Source: Balanoglossus misakiensis (taxonomy: Eukaryota > Animalia > Hemichordata). From it: 64,000 nt of DNA. Position numbers and translations under genes: made by a program. The stretch is from NCBI GenBank assembly GCA_040954595.2, contig CM082576.2, positions 15,857,028-15,921,027 of the forward strand, in the 5' to 3' direction. Under the pieces are notes generated by a model that was not told the DNA's origin, made no database searches, and saw nothing but the letters and a program-made list of their open reading frames with translations. Below, one piece after another: positions 62,826-64,000 of the stretch (position 1 is the stretch's first letter; each line of letters starts with the position of its first letter).

Positions 62826-64000
62826 TCTACCAAACACTTAAAATCTGAATCCAATATTTGACGCAGCCGTGAGGGTGACTGGAGTGCGATCACCTGACTA
62901 TACTGATGTTGTCACCTGACTATGTTGTCATTAGTTTGCGTCTCTGACCTATATCACTTCGCCGTATTTTATACATTGGTAGAAGTCATTCCTAAATGTT
63001 GTTTATGATGTAGAACCTATACCAACCAGCCCTTAGAGAGATTTTATGTAACCCCTTTTCGGTTCATGAACATGTGGGTGTAAGCCAAACAAATAGTCAG
63101 AATGAAGCAATCTATAAGTCTTCACGCGGCAATCAAAACACCCATACACTGAGTGATCTCAGAAACAGCGAAATAATGGTTGTGGTCTGTTTGACAACAG
63201 GCGAATTGAATCTGCGATGAATAAACAAGCGGATGTTAATTAGTCGACCCGTTGAAACATAGAGTTGTATGACAGACAGAACAATTAGAACTAGAATACA
63301 AAATAGAACTATATTACAAATTAAGACGTGCAATTACTTTAACATATCAATATCTTTTTCTGTTAATTTTGAAGTAATTCTATTCGGTGAATCTGTAAGG
63401 TGTTTGTCGATGACCTCGTTTAAACACCTATCCAGCACATGAGGGCGCTGTCACAGTAGCAGAATTATTCGCAAAATGTACACCTTTGTTGATGATGCGA
63501 CATTTTCAACAAAAGTGATTGACAACATCCTACAGACGATAATTTCAAAATTGTGAGTAGATAGAGTTTTCATGGACGAAGAAACAAAAACAAAAACAAA
63601 ATGCAATATTACAGATTTGTCACAATGCTGAACAAATGAAAATGACCAGGTTATTAGATAAGTGGTTTAATTATAGAGTAGATATTTGTGGAAAAATTGC
63701 CTCGAAATCAATGATCAACATTTCGTCATTTTGACCACAATAGATAATGCCTATCTGCACTTCCAAAATCGTAATAGTAAATTATTAAAATTGAAAAGTA
63801 AAGAACACTCCGTTCATTATTAAAATATCAATGCTTCAGTCAATAAAGAAAAGATTATCGGTATGTAATGGTCAAATAAGGAGAGTGGGTTACAATTCGA
63901 AAAGTTAACCATAGAGGGCGTTTACACCGTGACATCCATCATTAAGATTTTCATGACGTTTTATTGTCGCATGTAATCGGGAACGACCTCAGTCCTGACA

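Overview
AT-rich, intron-containing animal genomic DNA. The gene and repeat content suggests a marine invertebrate, possibly a deuterostome such as a hemichordate or echinoderm (inference). I reconstructed three multi-exon genes by hand from splice sites and reading-frame phase. (1) Minus strand, 741-14499: an 18-exon type I membrane protein of ~1554 aa (signal peptide, two YWTD beta-propellers, EGF, mucin stalk, two HYR, sushi-like, furin-site region, ephrin-receptor-like Cys repeat, TM). (2) Plus strand, 23975-43515: a sushi/SEA membrane mucin built from three 3.2-4 kb tandem duplications, in which four sushi domains are split by large low-complexity inserts. (3) Minus strand, 47533-62825: a 16-exon ~1169 aa cGAS-like receptor (Mab-21/cGLR nucleotidyltransferase with an intact catalytic motif) fused behind ARM-like and Neuralized (NHR) domains. 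An intronless TRIM-NHL E3 ligase gene (52218-54407) is nested on the same strand in the intron that splits the NHR domain. Relics at 0.4, 15.8-22 and 23.2 kb indicate the cGLR/mucin pair was once tandemly repeated, and that the LRP-like gene block interrupts an old cGLR 3' flank. Mobile DNA includes a TAA-TSD DNA transposon carrying a nested tRNA-Pro-primed LTR element (tandemly duplicated), a young non-autonomous LTR element, a CR1/L2-type LINE relic with an IS3EU-like MITE, TTAA MITEs, hairpin elements and microsatellites. No rRNA, tRNA or CRISPR. All domain calls come from motif recognition, not database searches.
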